This document shows, piece by piece, positions 36,393-45,886 of a stretch of 64,000 nt of DNA (the stretch's first letter is position 1; each line of letters starts with the position of its first letter). A program made the translations under genes and the position numbers. Source of the stretch: an archaeon (GTDB lineage Archaea > Iainarchaeota > Iainarchaeia > Iainarchaeales > JAAZKV01); assembly GCA_041650735.1 (NCBI GenBank), contig JBAZKP010000001.1, forward strand, positions 240,786-304,785. The letters are read 5' to 3'. The notes beneath the pieces were generated by a model, which saw only the letters and a program-made list of their open reading frames with translations, was not told where the DNA came from and did no database searches.

Positions 36393-37739
36393 ATGAAGGT
36401 TCCATTGCTCTCATTAAATGAAAGAAAAGATACTTTCAAGGAGGTTGAAACAGGTTTTACTGCAGAACAAGCCCTGTCAGAAGCAAATAGGTGTCTTCAA
36501 TGTTCTTCTCCGAAATGCATTGAAGGATGTCCTGCAAGAGTAAATATTCCTGGTTTCATTAAAGCCTTTAGGGAAGGAGATATAGTAAAAGCAGTAGGCA
36601 TTATTAGAGAAAAAAACTTTTTCCCAAGTATCTGCGGCAGAATATGTCAACAAGAAAAACAATGCGAGGGTTCATGTATCTTATCAAAGACTCCTACTGG
36701 AGCAGTATGCATAGGAGGAATAGAACGATTTATAGGGGATAATTCTCCTTATCCTCCAAGACGCAATTTAGTTGGAAAAAAAATTGCAATAATAGGTTCT
36801 GGGCCATCAGGTTTAGCAACTGCAGCATTCCTTTCACAAATAGGGATGCATGTGATAGTATTTGAAGGCACAAATTCTTTTGGAGGAGTAATGAAATATG
36901 GGGTTCCGGATTTTAGACTTCCAAAAGAAGTAGTTGCTCGTGAACTCTCAGGCTTGCATTCATTAGGAATAGATTTTGAGCCAAACTCAAAAGTAGGGGA
37001 AGAGTCTCTGGAAAATATTTCAAAAAAATTTGATGCAGTATTTATTGGCACAGGGGTTGGAAAATCACGTTTACTTGATGTGCCTGGTTCGGGGCTTAAG
37101 GGGGTAATGTCAGCAATGAAATTTTTGGTAAACCTTAACCAGAGCAATATTCCAATGATATCTAAAGGAGAAAAAGTTGTTATAGTAGGCGCAGGCTATG
37201 TAGGCGTTGATGCAGCAAGAAGCGCAATAAGATTAGGGGGCGAGGTAACCTGTGTAACAATAGCTCCAGAAAAAGATGCTTTCAAAAGTGTTTCACCAAA
37301 AGATTACGAAGAAGCAAGGGAAGAAGGAGTAAAATTTATTTTTGAAGCAAAAGTAAAAGAAATACAAGGAAAAGAAAAAGTCGAAAAAGTAATTTACTCA
37401 AATCATACTGAAGGAGCAATTGAATGCACAAAAGTAATATGCGCAATAGGTCAGCAACACGATGAAGATTCATTAAAAGCGCCAATAAGAACAGGAAAAA
37501 CAGGTTGTATAGAAATTAACGAAAATTTTCAAACAACAATCCCAAATGTTTTTGCTGCTGGTGACTGCGTGCATGGACCAAAAACAGTAATACATGCAAT
37601 AGATACAGGTAGAAAAGCATCCCAAGCCATAGTAAAATATTTAGATAAAAGAATTGCTAACGAAGCAATGGGAATAAAAAATGTAGAGGAAAGTCAAAAA
37701 GTTGTTCCAAAAATCGACCATTCAAATAAAGATATTTAA
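36393..37739 (+). CDS. GltD/SudA/NfnB-like NAD(P)H-dependent FAD/Fe-S oxidoreductase (glutamate synthase small-chain family)
   Basis: N-terminal Fe-S helical domain CLQCSSPKCIEGCPARVNIPGFI. Dinucleotide folds IAIIGSGPSGLATAAFL and VVIVGAGYVGVDAA. Confidence 0.65.
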   Translation: MKVPLLSLNERKDTFKEVETGFTAEQALSEANRCLQCSSPKCIEGCPARVNIPGFIKAFREGDIVKAVGIIREKNFFPSICGRICQQEKQCEGSCILSKTPTGAVCIGGIERFIGDNSPYPPRRNLVGKKIAIIGSGPSGLATAAFLSQIGMHVIVFEGTNSFGGVMKYGVPDFRLPKEVVARELSGLHSLGIDFEPNSKVGEESLENISKKFDAVFIGTGVGKSRLLDVPGSGLKGVMSAMKFLVNLNQSNIPMISKGEKVVIVGAGYVGVDAARSAIRLGGEVTCVTIAPEKDAFKSVSPKDYEEAREEGVKFIFEAKVKEIQGKEKVEKVIYSNHTEGAIECTKVICAIGQQHDEDSLKAPIRTGKTGCIEINENFQTTIPNVFAAGDCVHGPKTVIHAIDTGRKASQAIVKYLDKRIANEAMGIKNVEESQKVVPKIDHSNKDI

Positions 37740-37798
37740 GATCAAAGGATAAAAATTATTTTATAAAAAAAGGTTTATTGAAAATTAAGGGTGAAAAA

Positions 37799-39085
37799 AT
37801 GAATTCAAAATCATTTCAAGGGTTTTACAAAAAAAGCATTGCAGAAAGACAAGAAATAGTTGCAAAAGAATTTGCGTTAAATGAACAAGAAAAAGCTTTA
37901 TTGAAAAAAGAAGGGCCTTTACCATTTGCTGTTGCTGGTAGGATGGTTGAAAATGTAATAGGCACGATGCCTTTGCCTTACGGATTAGCAACAAATTTTG
38001 TTATAGATGGAAAAGAATACATTATTCCTTTTGCGATTGAAGAACCAAGTGTTGTTGCGGCAGCAAGTAATGCAGCAAAACTCTCAAATGGATTCGAAAC
38101 CTCTGCTGATGAGCCCGTAATGATTGGATTAATACAAATAGTAAAATGCACGAACGCAACAGATTCATTAATAAAAATACTTTCAAAGAAAAAAGAGCTC
38201 CTTGAAGAAATGCAAAAAATAGATCCAATACTGGTTAAATTTGGAGGGGGGCCCAGAGAGATAAAAGGGGAAGTACTCAAGACAAGCAGGGGCGAAATGA
38301 TTTCATTACAAGTACTTGTTGATGTTAGAGATGCAATGGGTGCAAATGCGATTAATACTATGACTGAAAAAATTTCTCCAAAAGTACAGGAAATTTCTGG
38401 CGGGGAAGTCAGGGTAAGAATAGTTTCGAATCTCGCAATTCATAGAAAAGCGAGGGCAAAAACCATGTGGACAAAGGAAAAACTTGAGGAAAGCACTAAT
38501 GGAGAGATGAATGGAGAAGAAATAGTTGAAAGAATACTTGATGCTTATGAATATGCAGTTGCAACTCAATTCAGGGCAGCAACCCACAATAAAGGAATAA
38601 TGAATGGAGTGGATGCACTCACAATAGCAACAGGGAATGATTTTCGTGGAGTAGAAGCCGGCGCGCATTCATTCGCTGCTTATAACCATCCTTATCAATC
38701 ATTGACAAAATACTATAAAGATGAAAAAGGAAATTTGGTTGGCGAAATAGAAATGCCAATGGTGCTAGCAACAATCGGCGGAACAATGAAATCAAACCCA
38801 ATGGCACAACTCTCACTTAAAATCCTTGGGATAAAAACTTCAGGCGAATTAGCCCGAATAGGTGCCGCAGTAGGGTTGGCACAAAACTTTGCTGCTTTAT
38901 GTGCACTAGCTACAACAGGAATACAAGCAGGGCACATGAAGTTACACGCAAAAAGCCTTGCAGTACAAGCAGGTGCGCAAGAAAATGAAATTGATTTACT
39001 TGCTCAAAAAATGATTGAGGCAAAAGAAATAAACCAGTTAAAAGCAGAACAAATACTAAAAGAAATTCGTGAAAACAAAAAATAG
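37799..39085 (+). CDS. hmgA: HMG-CoA reductase, class II
   Basis: ENVIGTMPLPYGLATNFVIDGKEYIIPFAIEEPSVVAAASNAAKL parallels P. mevalonii class II HMGR ([45 protein letters not shown]). GGTRF-type region is present. Confidence 0.85.
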   Translation: MNSKSFQGFYKKSIAERQEIVAKEFALNEQEKALLKKEGPLPFAVAGRMVENVIGTMPLPYGLATNFVIDGKEYIIPFAIEEPSVVAAASNAAKLSNGFETSADEPVMIGLIQIVKCTNATDSLIKILSKKKELLEEMQKIDPILVKFGGGPREIKGEVLKTSRGEMISLQVLVDVRDAMGANAINTMTEKISPKVQEISGGEVRVRIVSNLAIHRKARAKTMWTKEKLEESTNGEMNGEEIVERILDAYEYAVATQFRAATHNKGIMNGVDALTIATGNDFRGVEAGAHSFAAYNHPYQSLTKYYKDEKGNLVGEIEMPMVLATIGGTMKSNPMAQLSLKILGIKTSGELARIGAAVGLAQNFAALCALATTGIQAGHMKLHAKSLAVQAGAQENEIDLLAQKMIEAKEINQLKAEQILKEIRENKK

Positions 39086-39121
39086 TTTTTAGAATTTGAT
39101 GAGTAAGATTTGTAAAAAGAA

Positions 39122-39622
39122 TTAAATTGTTTTTCGCAGTTCTTTTAAAACTTTTTTTGTGTCATCTACATATCTTTGTTGTCTTTCTGCTTCAGCCATA
39201 TGATGGCTTTTTAAGAGACTTATCCTTGTTGTTTTGGAAATATATTTGCTGGCATTAGCTTCTCTTTGTTTATCCCTTATTGCTCTAAGAGAAACTTTCC
39301 TACCAGGGGCATTTTTGAGCAAAATTAGTTTCTCTTTTCTCTTCGTTCTGGCTCTAGCCTTAATGATTGTTTTTAATGGAGCACGTTGTTTTCTTAGAGT
39401 GTTTTTGTGATGGTTAGCTATTCTTTGTAAAGTATTTGCCAAATGAATTTCTTGTTTGCTTAGAGTAGGATTAAAGCGCTGATTCTTTTTAGCTGAAGCC
39501 AAATTAGCTCTAACCGCATTCTGCACTGCGCTAATTGTTTTAAGCGATTCTTTCCTCTGAGGGCTTGCTTTAATTCGCTCTGCCCGTATTTTTCTAACCC
39601 ATCTTATTGGAGGCATTTTCAT
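39122..39622 (-). CDS. Highly basic hypothetical protein
   Basis: 166 aa, K/R-rich. A W..RIRA.R stretch faintly recalls L19e, but the order and context do not fit. Confidence 0.3.
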   Translation of the reverse strand: MKMPPIRWVRKIRAERIKASPQRKESLKTISAVQNAVRANLASAKKNQRFNPTLSKQEIHLANTLQRIANHHKNTLRKQRAPLKTIIKARARTKRKEKLILLKNAPGRKVSLRAIRDKQREANASKYISKTTRISLLKSHHMAEAERQQRYVDDTKKVLKELRKTI

Positions 39623-39676
39623 AGTAAGTAATAAAGTCCCTTTGAAGCTTTTAATTCTTCTGGTTTGTTGGATTTT

Positions 39677-40441
39677 TTATTCAATCAAAAGCAGAGAAGC
39701 CATTATTGTTATCCCAAGAACAATGAAAAATATTTGCACCAAAGCCTGTTTTTTTGAAAATTTTTTGTGCAATTGAGGTAGCAAATCTGTTCCCGCAATA
39801 TAAATAAAACTACCTGCCGCAAAAGCAATAAAAAAATTTGTTAAGCCAGAAATGGATGAGCCTAAAATTACTGCTACAATTGCGCCTAAAAAAGAGGTTA
39901 ATGAAATAATAAAATTAAAAATAAGAGCTTTTTTTTTCGTGAAACCGCTTTTAAGAAGAATCCCAAAATCCCCTATCTCTTGAGGCAATTCATGTAAAAA
40001 AATTGCTATTGCTGTAGAAAACCCTACAACAGGGTTAACAAGAAAAGCTCCTCCTAGAATAAGCCCATCAATAATATTATGAAGCGCGTCCCCTGTAAGA
40101 CTCATGTAGCCAAAAGATTCACAGGACTTTTCATGCTTCAAATGATGGCAATGGTGCCAATGAATAATTTTTTCCAAAACAAAAAAAGTAACCATTCCTA
40201 AAAGAATTGTAACTGAAATTTCGGTAGAAAAACCTGTTTCCCCTAGTTCGGGAATCAAGTGAATAAATACATCTCCTAAGAGGGCGCCTGCTGCAAAAGC
40301 AACCATTGCTTCCAAGTACTTTTCAATTTTCTTATTGCTTATTCCTAGAGTAAAAACCCCTATAAAAGAAGCAAGAGAAATAATTCCAAGGCAAAGAAAA
40401 AGTTCAATTAACATTAAATCCACTTTCAACAACAAGAACAC
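39677..40441 (-). CDS. ZIP-family metal (zinc) transporter
   Basis: HHCHHLKHE..LTGDALHNIIDGLILGGAF and multiple TM helices. Confidence 0.7.
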   Translation of the reverse strand: MFLLLKVDLMLIELFLCLGIISLASFIGVFTLGISNKKIEKYLEAMVAFAAGALLGDVFIHLIPELGETGFSTEISVTILLGMVTFFVLEKIIHWHHCHHLKHEKSCESFGYMSLTGDALHNIIDGLILGGAFLVNPVVGFSTAIAIFLHELPQEIGDFGILLKSGFTKKKALIFNFIISLTSFLGAIVAVILGSSISGLTNFFIAFAAGSFIYIAGTDLLPQLHKKFSKKQALVQIFFIVLGITIMASLLLIE

Positions 40442-40499
40442 TTCTTTTTAAATTAGTTCCTAAAGAAAAAGAAATCGAACGTCAATCAACGAATTTAAC

Positions 40500-40533
40500 T
40501 TCGTCTTTTTGGAAAGGTTTTTATATTCCTTCC
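40500..40533 (+). promoter_or_regulatory. Copy B of duplicated promoter-like element
   Basis: Same 30-mer as copy A; upstream of the 109-aa ORF/HMGCS/thiolase/DUF35/MVK operon. Confidence 0.45.
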
Positions 40534-40702
40534 TTTGAGAAATGTTTGTGCTGGCTTCTGGCAAGCACTAGTTTTTATTTAACAAATGAATTAATTAAGT
40601 GGTGATGGGGGGTAAAGAGAGATTACCGAAAACCTTAGGAATAAAAGGGGTTAAGACAAGAATGAGATTAAGTGTTTTGAAAAAAAAGAGTATGATAATA
40701 TT

Positions 40703-41032
40703 ATGGGTGTTAAAACTATTAATGCTGGGGCGGCTATAAAGGCAAGAGCAGAACGCTTTAAGAAAAATAGAGTGTTAGTTGCTAAAGAACTTAGTGGGGC
40801 AAGCGCTTCAGAATATGCTTTAAGAAAAAGAACTGCCGAGTTAATTAAGGAAATGAGGAAAGCTAAAATACCAGTTAGTTCAGAAAATCTGTCCCTTATC
40901 TCAAAAGCAGTTTCAAGTGAAGTATCGGATGAAGCAATATATAGGACTAGTGCTAGTGTCACTGGACCACACTCCTGGGGCGGTGCGGCAAGAAAGATAA
41001 TTGAGGAATTAAAATTAATGAGGAAATTTTGA
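40703..41032 (+). CDS. Hypothetical protein (A/K/S/R-rich, 109 aa)
   Basis: ORF preceded by a duplicated promoter-like element; the antisense ORF 40651–40962 is considered spurious. Confidence 0.35.
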   Translation: MGVKTINAGAAIKARAERFKKNRVLVAKELSGASASEYALRKRTAELIKEMRKAKIPVSSENLSLISKAVSSEVSDEAIYRTSASVTGPHSWGGAARKIIEELKLMRKF

Positions 41033-41048
41033 AAGTTGAGTTGATTTT

Positions 41049-42086
41049 ATGAGTGGAATAGTAGGATGGGGAGCATACATACCAAAGTACAGAATTACTG
41101 TAGAAGAAATAGCCATGGTTCAGCACGCTAACGCTTCCTCAATAAAAGAAGGATTAGGATTAGTGGAAAAAAGTGTTCCCGGAAAAGATGAGGACACTGC
41201 AACAATTTCTGTGGCTGCGGCAAGAAATGCTTTAGCTAGAGCAGAAATAAATAGAAAAGAAATAGGGGCAGTATATGTTGGTTCCGAGTCTCATCCATAT
41301 GCAGTAAAACCAACGTCATCAATTGTAGGTGAAGCGCTTGACATTGGAAATTCTTACACCGCACTTGACACACAATTCGCATGCAAAGCAGGAAGCGCAA
41401 CAATTCAAATTAATTCAGGGCTAGTTGACTCAAAAATGGTTAAATATGGGTTAAGCATCGGAGCAGATACAAGCCAAGCAGAACCAGGAAATGCATTAGA
41501 ATACAGTGCAGCAGCAGGTGGAGCAGCATTCATTATAGGTTCGAACAAAGAATCTGTAGCAACAATAGATTATACTTGTTCATTCACAACAGATACTCCC
41601 GATTTTTGGAGAAGAGCACTACAACCTTATCCTTCTCATGCAGGAAGATTCACAGGAGAACCAGCATACTTCAAACATGTGGTAAGCTCAACAAAAATGA
41701 TTTTGGAAAAAAGTGGAATGCAAATAACGGATTTTAAGTACGTTGTATTCCACATGCCTAATGGAAAATTTCCTTTACGCGTAGCAAAAATATTTGGGGT
41801 AACAAAAGAACAAATAACACCAGGATTAATTGTAACAAAAATCGGCAACACATACTCAGGTTCATCAATATTAGGGTTAGCATCAGTACTGGATATAGCA
41901 AAACCAGGTGATAAAATACTGGTTACTTCTTATGGTTCAGGTTCCGGCTCGGATTCATTTATTCTTACCTGCACAGAAAAAATAGTGGAAGCGCAAAAAA
42001 AAGCAAAAACAACAAATGATTACGTTGCAAGAAAAGAATATTTAACTTACCCCGAATATGTAGCGCATATGGAAGAAATACATTAG
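41049..42086 (+). CDS. hmgB: HMG-CoA synthase (archaeal type)
   Basis: MSGIVGWGAYIPKYRI.. N-terminus and thiolase-fold condensing enzyme; 345 aa. Confidence 0.85.
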   Translation: MSGIVGWGAYIPKYRITVEEIAMVQHANASSIKEGLGLVEKSVPGKDEDTATISVAAARNALARAEINRKEIGAVYVGSESHPYAVKPTSSIVGEALDIGNSYTALDTQFACKAGSATIQINSGLVDSKMVKYGLSIGADTSQAEPGNALEYSAAAGGAAFIIGSNKESVATIDYTCSFTTDTPDFWRRALQPYPSHAGRFTGEPAYFKHVVSSTKMILEKSGMQITDFKYVVFHMPNGKFPLRVAKIFGVTKEQITPGLIVTKIGNTYSGSSILGLASVLDIAKPGDKILVTSYGSGSGSDSFILTCTEKIVEAQKKAKTTNDYVARKEYLTYPEYVAHMEEIH

Positions 42087-42094
42087 GTGAAAAA

Positions 42095-42772
42095 ATGAGG
42101 AAAATAATAACCAAAGGAAATTACTCTGAAGAAGCTGCAGTAGTGCTTAAAAAAGCAGGGCACCTCTCGTTAGCGCAAAGATTATTTTCAAAAGAAGCAA
42201 GGCAAAAACATGCAGTTGCCCAGAAATTAGCGCAATATTTAATTGAAGCGGATTTAAAGAGAAATCCAGGAATGAGACAACAAGTTATTGATTCCAAAAA
42301 GTCAAGACTTGTGATGAATTCTGCTGGAGAACTCGTTGCTACAAGTGGGGTTGAGCTCGGAGCAACAGTAATACCAACAAAAAGAGTTTTTGGAAAAATG
42401 ATGCCTCAAGTACAAGAGGTGTCGTTAAAAAATATTGAAAAAGGAAAACCCCCTTTTTCATGGAGTATGATTGAAGCAGAGCAAGAAATAAAAGCAGGCA
42501 GGAAAAGCCCCGCAAAAAAACAAAAAAAAGCAATAGGGATTTACGGGCAAGATTTTATAATAGAAGAATATGCAAAACGGGTTTTAAGTGCAGGAGGGAA
42601 GCCACAGATAGAGCGAACAATAATAAACAAAAAAGAGGTTAAAGCATTTAAAGTAACAAATGTTTCTTTGTCAGGCAAAAAAAGAGTTTCAATGAAACTA
42701 AAAAACGGGAAAACACTTCACTTTATAGTTAATGAGAAATTTGCAGAAAAATTAAAAGAATTTTTTAAGTGA
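42095..42772 (+). CDS. Hypothetical protein inserted between HMGCS and thiolase (225 aa)
   Basis: AGGTGA RBS. 9-nt and 6-nt gaps to its neighbours imply co-transcription. No family recognised. Confidence 0.45.
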   Translation: MRKIITKGNYSEEAAVVLKKAGHLSLAQRLFSKEARQKHAVAQKLAQYLIEADLKRNPGMRQQVIDSKKSRLVMNSAGELVATSGVELGATVIPTKRVFGKMMPQVQEVSLKNIEKGKPPFSWSMIEAEQEIKAGRKSPAKKQKKAIGIYGQDFIIEEYAKRVLSAGGKPQIERTIINKKEVKAFKVTNVSLSGKKRVSMKLKNGKTLHFIVNEKFAEKLKEFFK

Positions 42773-42778
42773 TAAAAA

Positions 42779-43936
42779 ATGAAAGTTGGAATATTAGGAA
42801 TTGGGATTACCAAGTTCGGTGAAATCTGGGACAGAGGCTTACGCGAGCTTCTCCTTGATGCACAACTACGTGCACTAAACGATGCAAAAATAGCTCCACA
42901 ACAAATAGATTCCTTATTTACTGGAAACATGTGCGGAGACTCACTCTCAGGGCAATTACACATAGGAGCAATGGCTACAGAAAATCTGAACATTGACAAA
43001 CCAAGTCTAAGAGTAGAAGGAGCATGCGCCTCAGGTTCATTAGCATTACGCCAAGGAATACAAGCAATCGAAAGCGGAGCAGCAGAAATAGTAATGGTTT
43101 CAGGCGTAGAAAAAATGACTGATGTTTCAACAGAACAAGTAACCACAACATTAATGGGAGCAGGAGATGAAGAGCTAGAAGGATTCAATGGATTAACCTT
43201 TCCGGGATTATATGCTTTGCTTGCAAATGCTTACCTCTCCAAGTACCCAAAATTATCAAGAGACTTATTAGCTGATGTATCAGTAAAAAATCATTTCCAC
43301 GGCGCAAGAAATTCTTATTGCCAATTCAAAAACGAAATAACAAAAGAAACAGTGTTAAATGCTCCAATGGTTGCAAACCCACTGACTTTATTTGATTGCT
43401 CTCCAATTACAGATGGAGCAGCTTCAATAATAATTGCAAATGAAAAAATTTCTAAAAAAATGAATTCAGAAGTTTATATTACTGGTTCAGGCTTAGCAAC
43501 AGATTCATTATCTTTAGCAAGAAGAAGCACTTTAACTTCAATTCCTGCGGGAAAAAAAGCTGCAGAACAAGCATATGCGCAAGCAGGAATAACAGTAAAA
43601 GATGTTTCATTTGCAGAAGTGCATGACTGTTTTACAATAGCAGAAATAATGGCAGTAGAAGCACTAGGCTTTGCAAAAGAAGGAGAAGCATACAAGTTAT
43701 ATGAAAACAAAGAAACTTACTTTGACAGTAAACACCCAATAAATACTTCTGGGGGATTAAAAGCATGCGGACACCCTGTGGGGGCAACAGGAATAAAACA
43801 AGCAGTAGAAGCAACAATGCAATTAAGAGGAGAAGCAAAAGGAAGACAAGTAACAAACGCAAAAATAGGGGTAACACATAATGTTGGAGGAAGCGGAGCA
43901 ACAGCTTGCATACACGTATTCAGGAAAATGAAATAA
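42779..43936 (+). CDS. Acetyl-CoA C-acetyltransferase (archaeal thiolase)
   Basis: Thiolase fold with active-site Cys in VEGACASGS and C-terminal NVGGSGATA. Confidence 0.85.
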   Translation: MKVGILGIGITKFGEIWDRGLRELLLDAQLRALNDAKIAPQQIDSLFTGNMCGDSLSGQLHIGAMATENLNIDKPSLRVEGACASGSLALRQGIQAIESGAAEIVMVSGVEKMTDVSTEQVTTTLMGAGDEELEGFNGLTFPGLYALLANAYLSKYPKLSRDLLADVSVKNHFHGARNSYCQFKNEITKETVLNAPMVANPLTLFDCSPITDGAASIIIANEKISKKMNSEVYITGSGLATDSLSLARRSTLTSIPAGKKAAEQAYAQAGITVKDVSFAEVHDCFTIAEIMAVEALGFAKEGEAYKLYENKETYFDSKHPINTSGGLKACGHPVGATGIKQAVEATMQLRGEAKGRQVTNAKIGVTHNVGGSGATACIHVFRKMK

Positions 43937-43958
43937 AATTTATAAAAAAGGTGAAAAT

Positions 43959-44171
43959 ATGACAAGGGTATTTGAAAAATTAAAAAACATTTTTGGTGGA
44001 AAAGAAGAGCAAGTAGAAGAAAATCCACAAAGACTAGGTTGTACAAAAAAAAGAGAAGAACAGGAAGAAAGTGAAGTAGGGCAAAGATGGAAAATTGCAA
44101 AAAAGTGGAGAGAAAATAAACAAATGCAAGAATCACTAATAAAAAGAAACAATTTTAAGAAAAAAATTTAA
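43959..44171 (+). CDS. Small hypothetical charged protein (70 aa)
   Basis: AAAGGTGAAA RBS; sits between the thiolase and DUF35 genes. Confidence 0.3.
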   Translation: MTRVFEKLKNIFGGKEEQVEENPQRLGCTKKREEQEESEVGQRWKIAKKWRENKQMQESLIKRNNFKKKI

Positions 44172-44205
44172 TTATTAATACTGGTTACTTAATGGAGTGA
44201 AAAAA

Positions 44206-44604
44206 ATGTTTCGAGAAAGCCCAATAATAAGATGGAGAAATTACAATGATAGATACAAACTGAAAGGGTATAAATGCACTAAATGTGGTGCAACCTTTTT
44301 TGAAAAAAAAGGGTTATGCCCGTGCGGAAACCTAGACTTTGCTGAAATGGATTTCAGTGGAAAAGGAAAAATAGTTTCTTTTACCCAAATACATGCCGGC
44401 CCAGAAGTATTTGCAAGCCAAACCCCTTATTGTATAGCAATAATTGATTTAGTTGAAGGGGCTCGCATAACAGGACAAATAGTTGACTGCAAATACGAAG
44501 ACTTAAAACAAGGAATGGAAGTAGAAGGAGTATTTAGGAAATTTTATAAAAGTGGGGAAAAAGGAATAATACACTACGGAACAAAATTTATTCCAAAATT
44601 TTAA
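44206..44604 (+). CDS. DUF35 OB-fold/Zn-ribbon protein (thiolase–HMGCS scaffold subunit)
   Basis: Zn ribbon CTKCGATFFEKKGLCPCG followed by an OB-fold segment. Track start 44197 is GTG. Confidence 0.75.
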   Translation: MFRESPIIRWRNYNDRYKLKGYKCTKCGATFFEKKGLCPCGNLDFAEMDFSGKGKIVSFTQIHAGPEVFASQTPYCIAIIDLVEGARITGQIVDCKYEDLKQGMEVEGVFRKFYKSGEKGIIHYGTKFIPKF

Positions 44605-44620
44605 TTCTTGAGGCTCAAAA

Positions 44621-44884
44621 ATGAATTTAAGTACAATAAAAAATACTATTCTTCGAACATTCCTTGCACTAATATTATTTTTCATAGCCTATCTTCCTTT
44701 ATTTGCCACAACCCCCTGCGATTGTTTAGCTAGTACTTGTGCTGCAGGAAAAATGAGAGGATTTTTTTTATGCAACGCATGCAACTGCCTAACAATACAA
44801 GATGCATTAATTCAATTCTTCTTATATGGGGTAACGCCATTTATAGTATTTTTCATAATAGCATATTTTTTGATTAGAGATTAA
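44621..44884 (+). CDS. Small Cys-rich two-helix membrane protein
   Basis: Loop TPCDCLASTCAAGKMRGFFLCNACNC between two hydrophobic helices. Confidence 0.4.
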   Translation: MNLSTIKNTILRTFLALILFFIAYLPLFATTPCDCLASTCAAGKMRGFFLCNACNCLTIQDALIQFFLYGVTPFIVFFIIAYFLIRD

Positions 44885-44901
44885 TTTTATTGGTGAAATG
44901 G

Positions 44902-45843
44902 ATGTCTGTGGTAGGGAAAGGGTATGCAAAAGTGATTCTTTTTGGGGAGCACTTTGTCGTTTATGGTTTGCCGGGGATAGCATCTGCACTGGATAAATTT
45001 GTTCAAGTAGAAGTACAAAAAGTAAAGGATTCTGATGATGTTGTTTTTGATGACAAAGTATTCAAAGAAAAAGTATCGATGAAAGAAAATTCAGAACACA
45101 TAAAATGCAAGTTATTCAATGCGATGTTTAAAGAAGAAGAATTTGTTCAAAAAAAAGGAATAAAATTTATGATAAACTCAACTTTTTCCCCTGGTGGTGG
45201 AATGGGTTACTCAGCAGCCCTAAATGTAGGAATAGCAAGAGCAATGAATAATTTGTTTGAGTTAGGTTGGAAGGATGAAAAAATAAATGAAGTAGGATAC
45301 AAAGGAGAATGCATCTCACACGGTGCCCCATCAGGAATAGATAATACTTGTGCAACATACGGTTCATTAGTGTGGTTTGAAAAAAATATGGAAGGTGGAA
45401 AAAACAAAATAAAGCCTTTCAAAACAGGGAAACCATTATTGTTAGTTATTGTGGACACAGGAATAAAGCACGACACGAAGGAGGCTGTTGCAGGGGTAAA
45501 AAAAAGGAAAGAAGAAAATCCTGAAGAGTATAAGAAAATTTTTTCTGAAGCAAAAAAAATTGTCGCAAAAGCAAAAAAAGAATTAAGTTATGGGGGAATA
45601 CAAGAAATAGGAAAACTAATGAACCAAAACCAAGAATTACTTAAAAAAATAGGGGTTTCAAGTCCAGAAATAGAACAAATAATAAAAATTTCTTTATATG
45701 AAGGGGCATTAGGAGCGAAACTAACCGGTGCTGGGTGCGGAGGAAATGTTTTGGTTCTATGCGAAAATGAAGCACAACAAAACAAAATAATTGTTTCACT
45801 GCAAACAAAAGGGTTCAGAGCAATAAAAGCAAAAATAAATTAG
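44902..45843 (+). CDS. mvk: Mevalonate kinase (GHMP family)
   Basis: GKVILFGEHFVVYG N-terminus and GHMP motif SPGGGMGYSAA. Track start 44890 is TTG. Confidence 0.8.
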   Translation: MSVVGKGYAKVILFGEHFVVYGLPGIASALDKFVQVEVQKVKDSDDVVFDDKVFKEKVSMKENSEHIKCKLFNAMFKEEEFVQKKGIKFMINSTFSPGGGMGYSAALNVGIARAMNNLFELGWKDEKINEVGYKGECISHGAPSGIDNTCATYGSLVWFEKNMEGGKNKIKPFKTGKPLLLVIVDTGIKHDTKEAVAGVKKRKEENPEEYKKIFSEAKKIVAKAKKELSYGGIQEIGKLMNQNQELLKKIGVSSPEIEQIIKISLYEGALGAKLTGAGCGGNVLVLCENEAQQNKIIVSLQTKGFRAIKAKIN

Positions 45844-45886
45844 TTTTTTTTAAAACAAATTAAAAAATAGTTTTTTTGTTGATTTT

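Noticed and set aside
36224-36421. 65-aa ORF MKIFLKNKTLRCLPNPCSSFWKGFYIPFP..
   Set aside because: It spans the duplicated promoter-like element. The second copy of the element has no start codon in the equivalent frame, so the conservation is at DNA level, not protein level.
39122-39622. Possible ribosomal protein L19e
   Set aside because: Only a short W..RIRA.R stretch resembles L19e, and it is in the wrong position. There are no flanking ribosomal genes. Kept as a basic hypothetical protein.
40651-40962. Minus-strand 103-aa ORF overlapping the 109-aa plus-strand ORF
   Set aside because: It is antisense to an ORF that has a better start context downstream of the duplicated promoter. Only one can be coding, and the plus strand fits operon direction.
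43474-44152. Minus-strand L-rich ORFs across thiolase and the 70-aa ORF
   Set aside because: Antisense low-complexity shadows.
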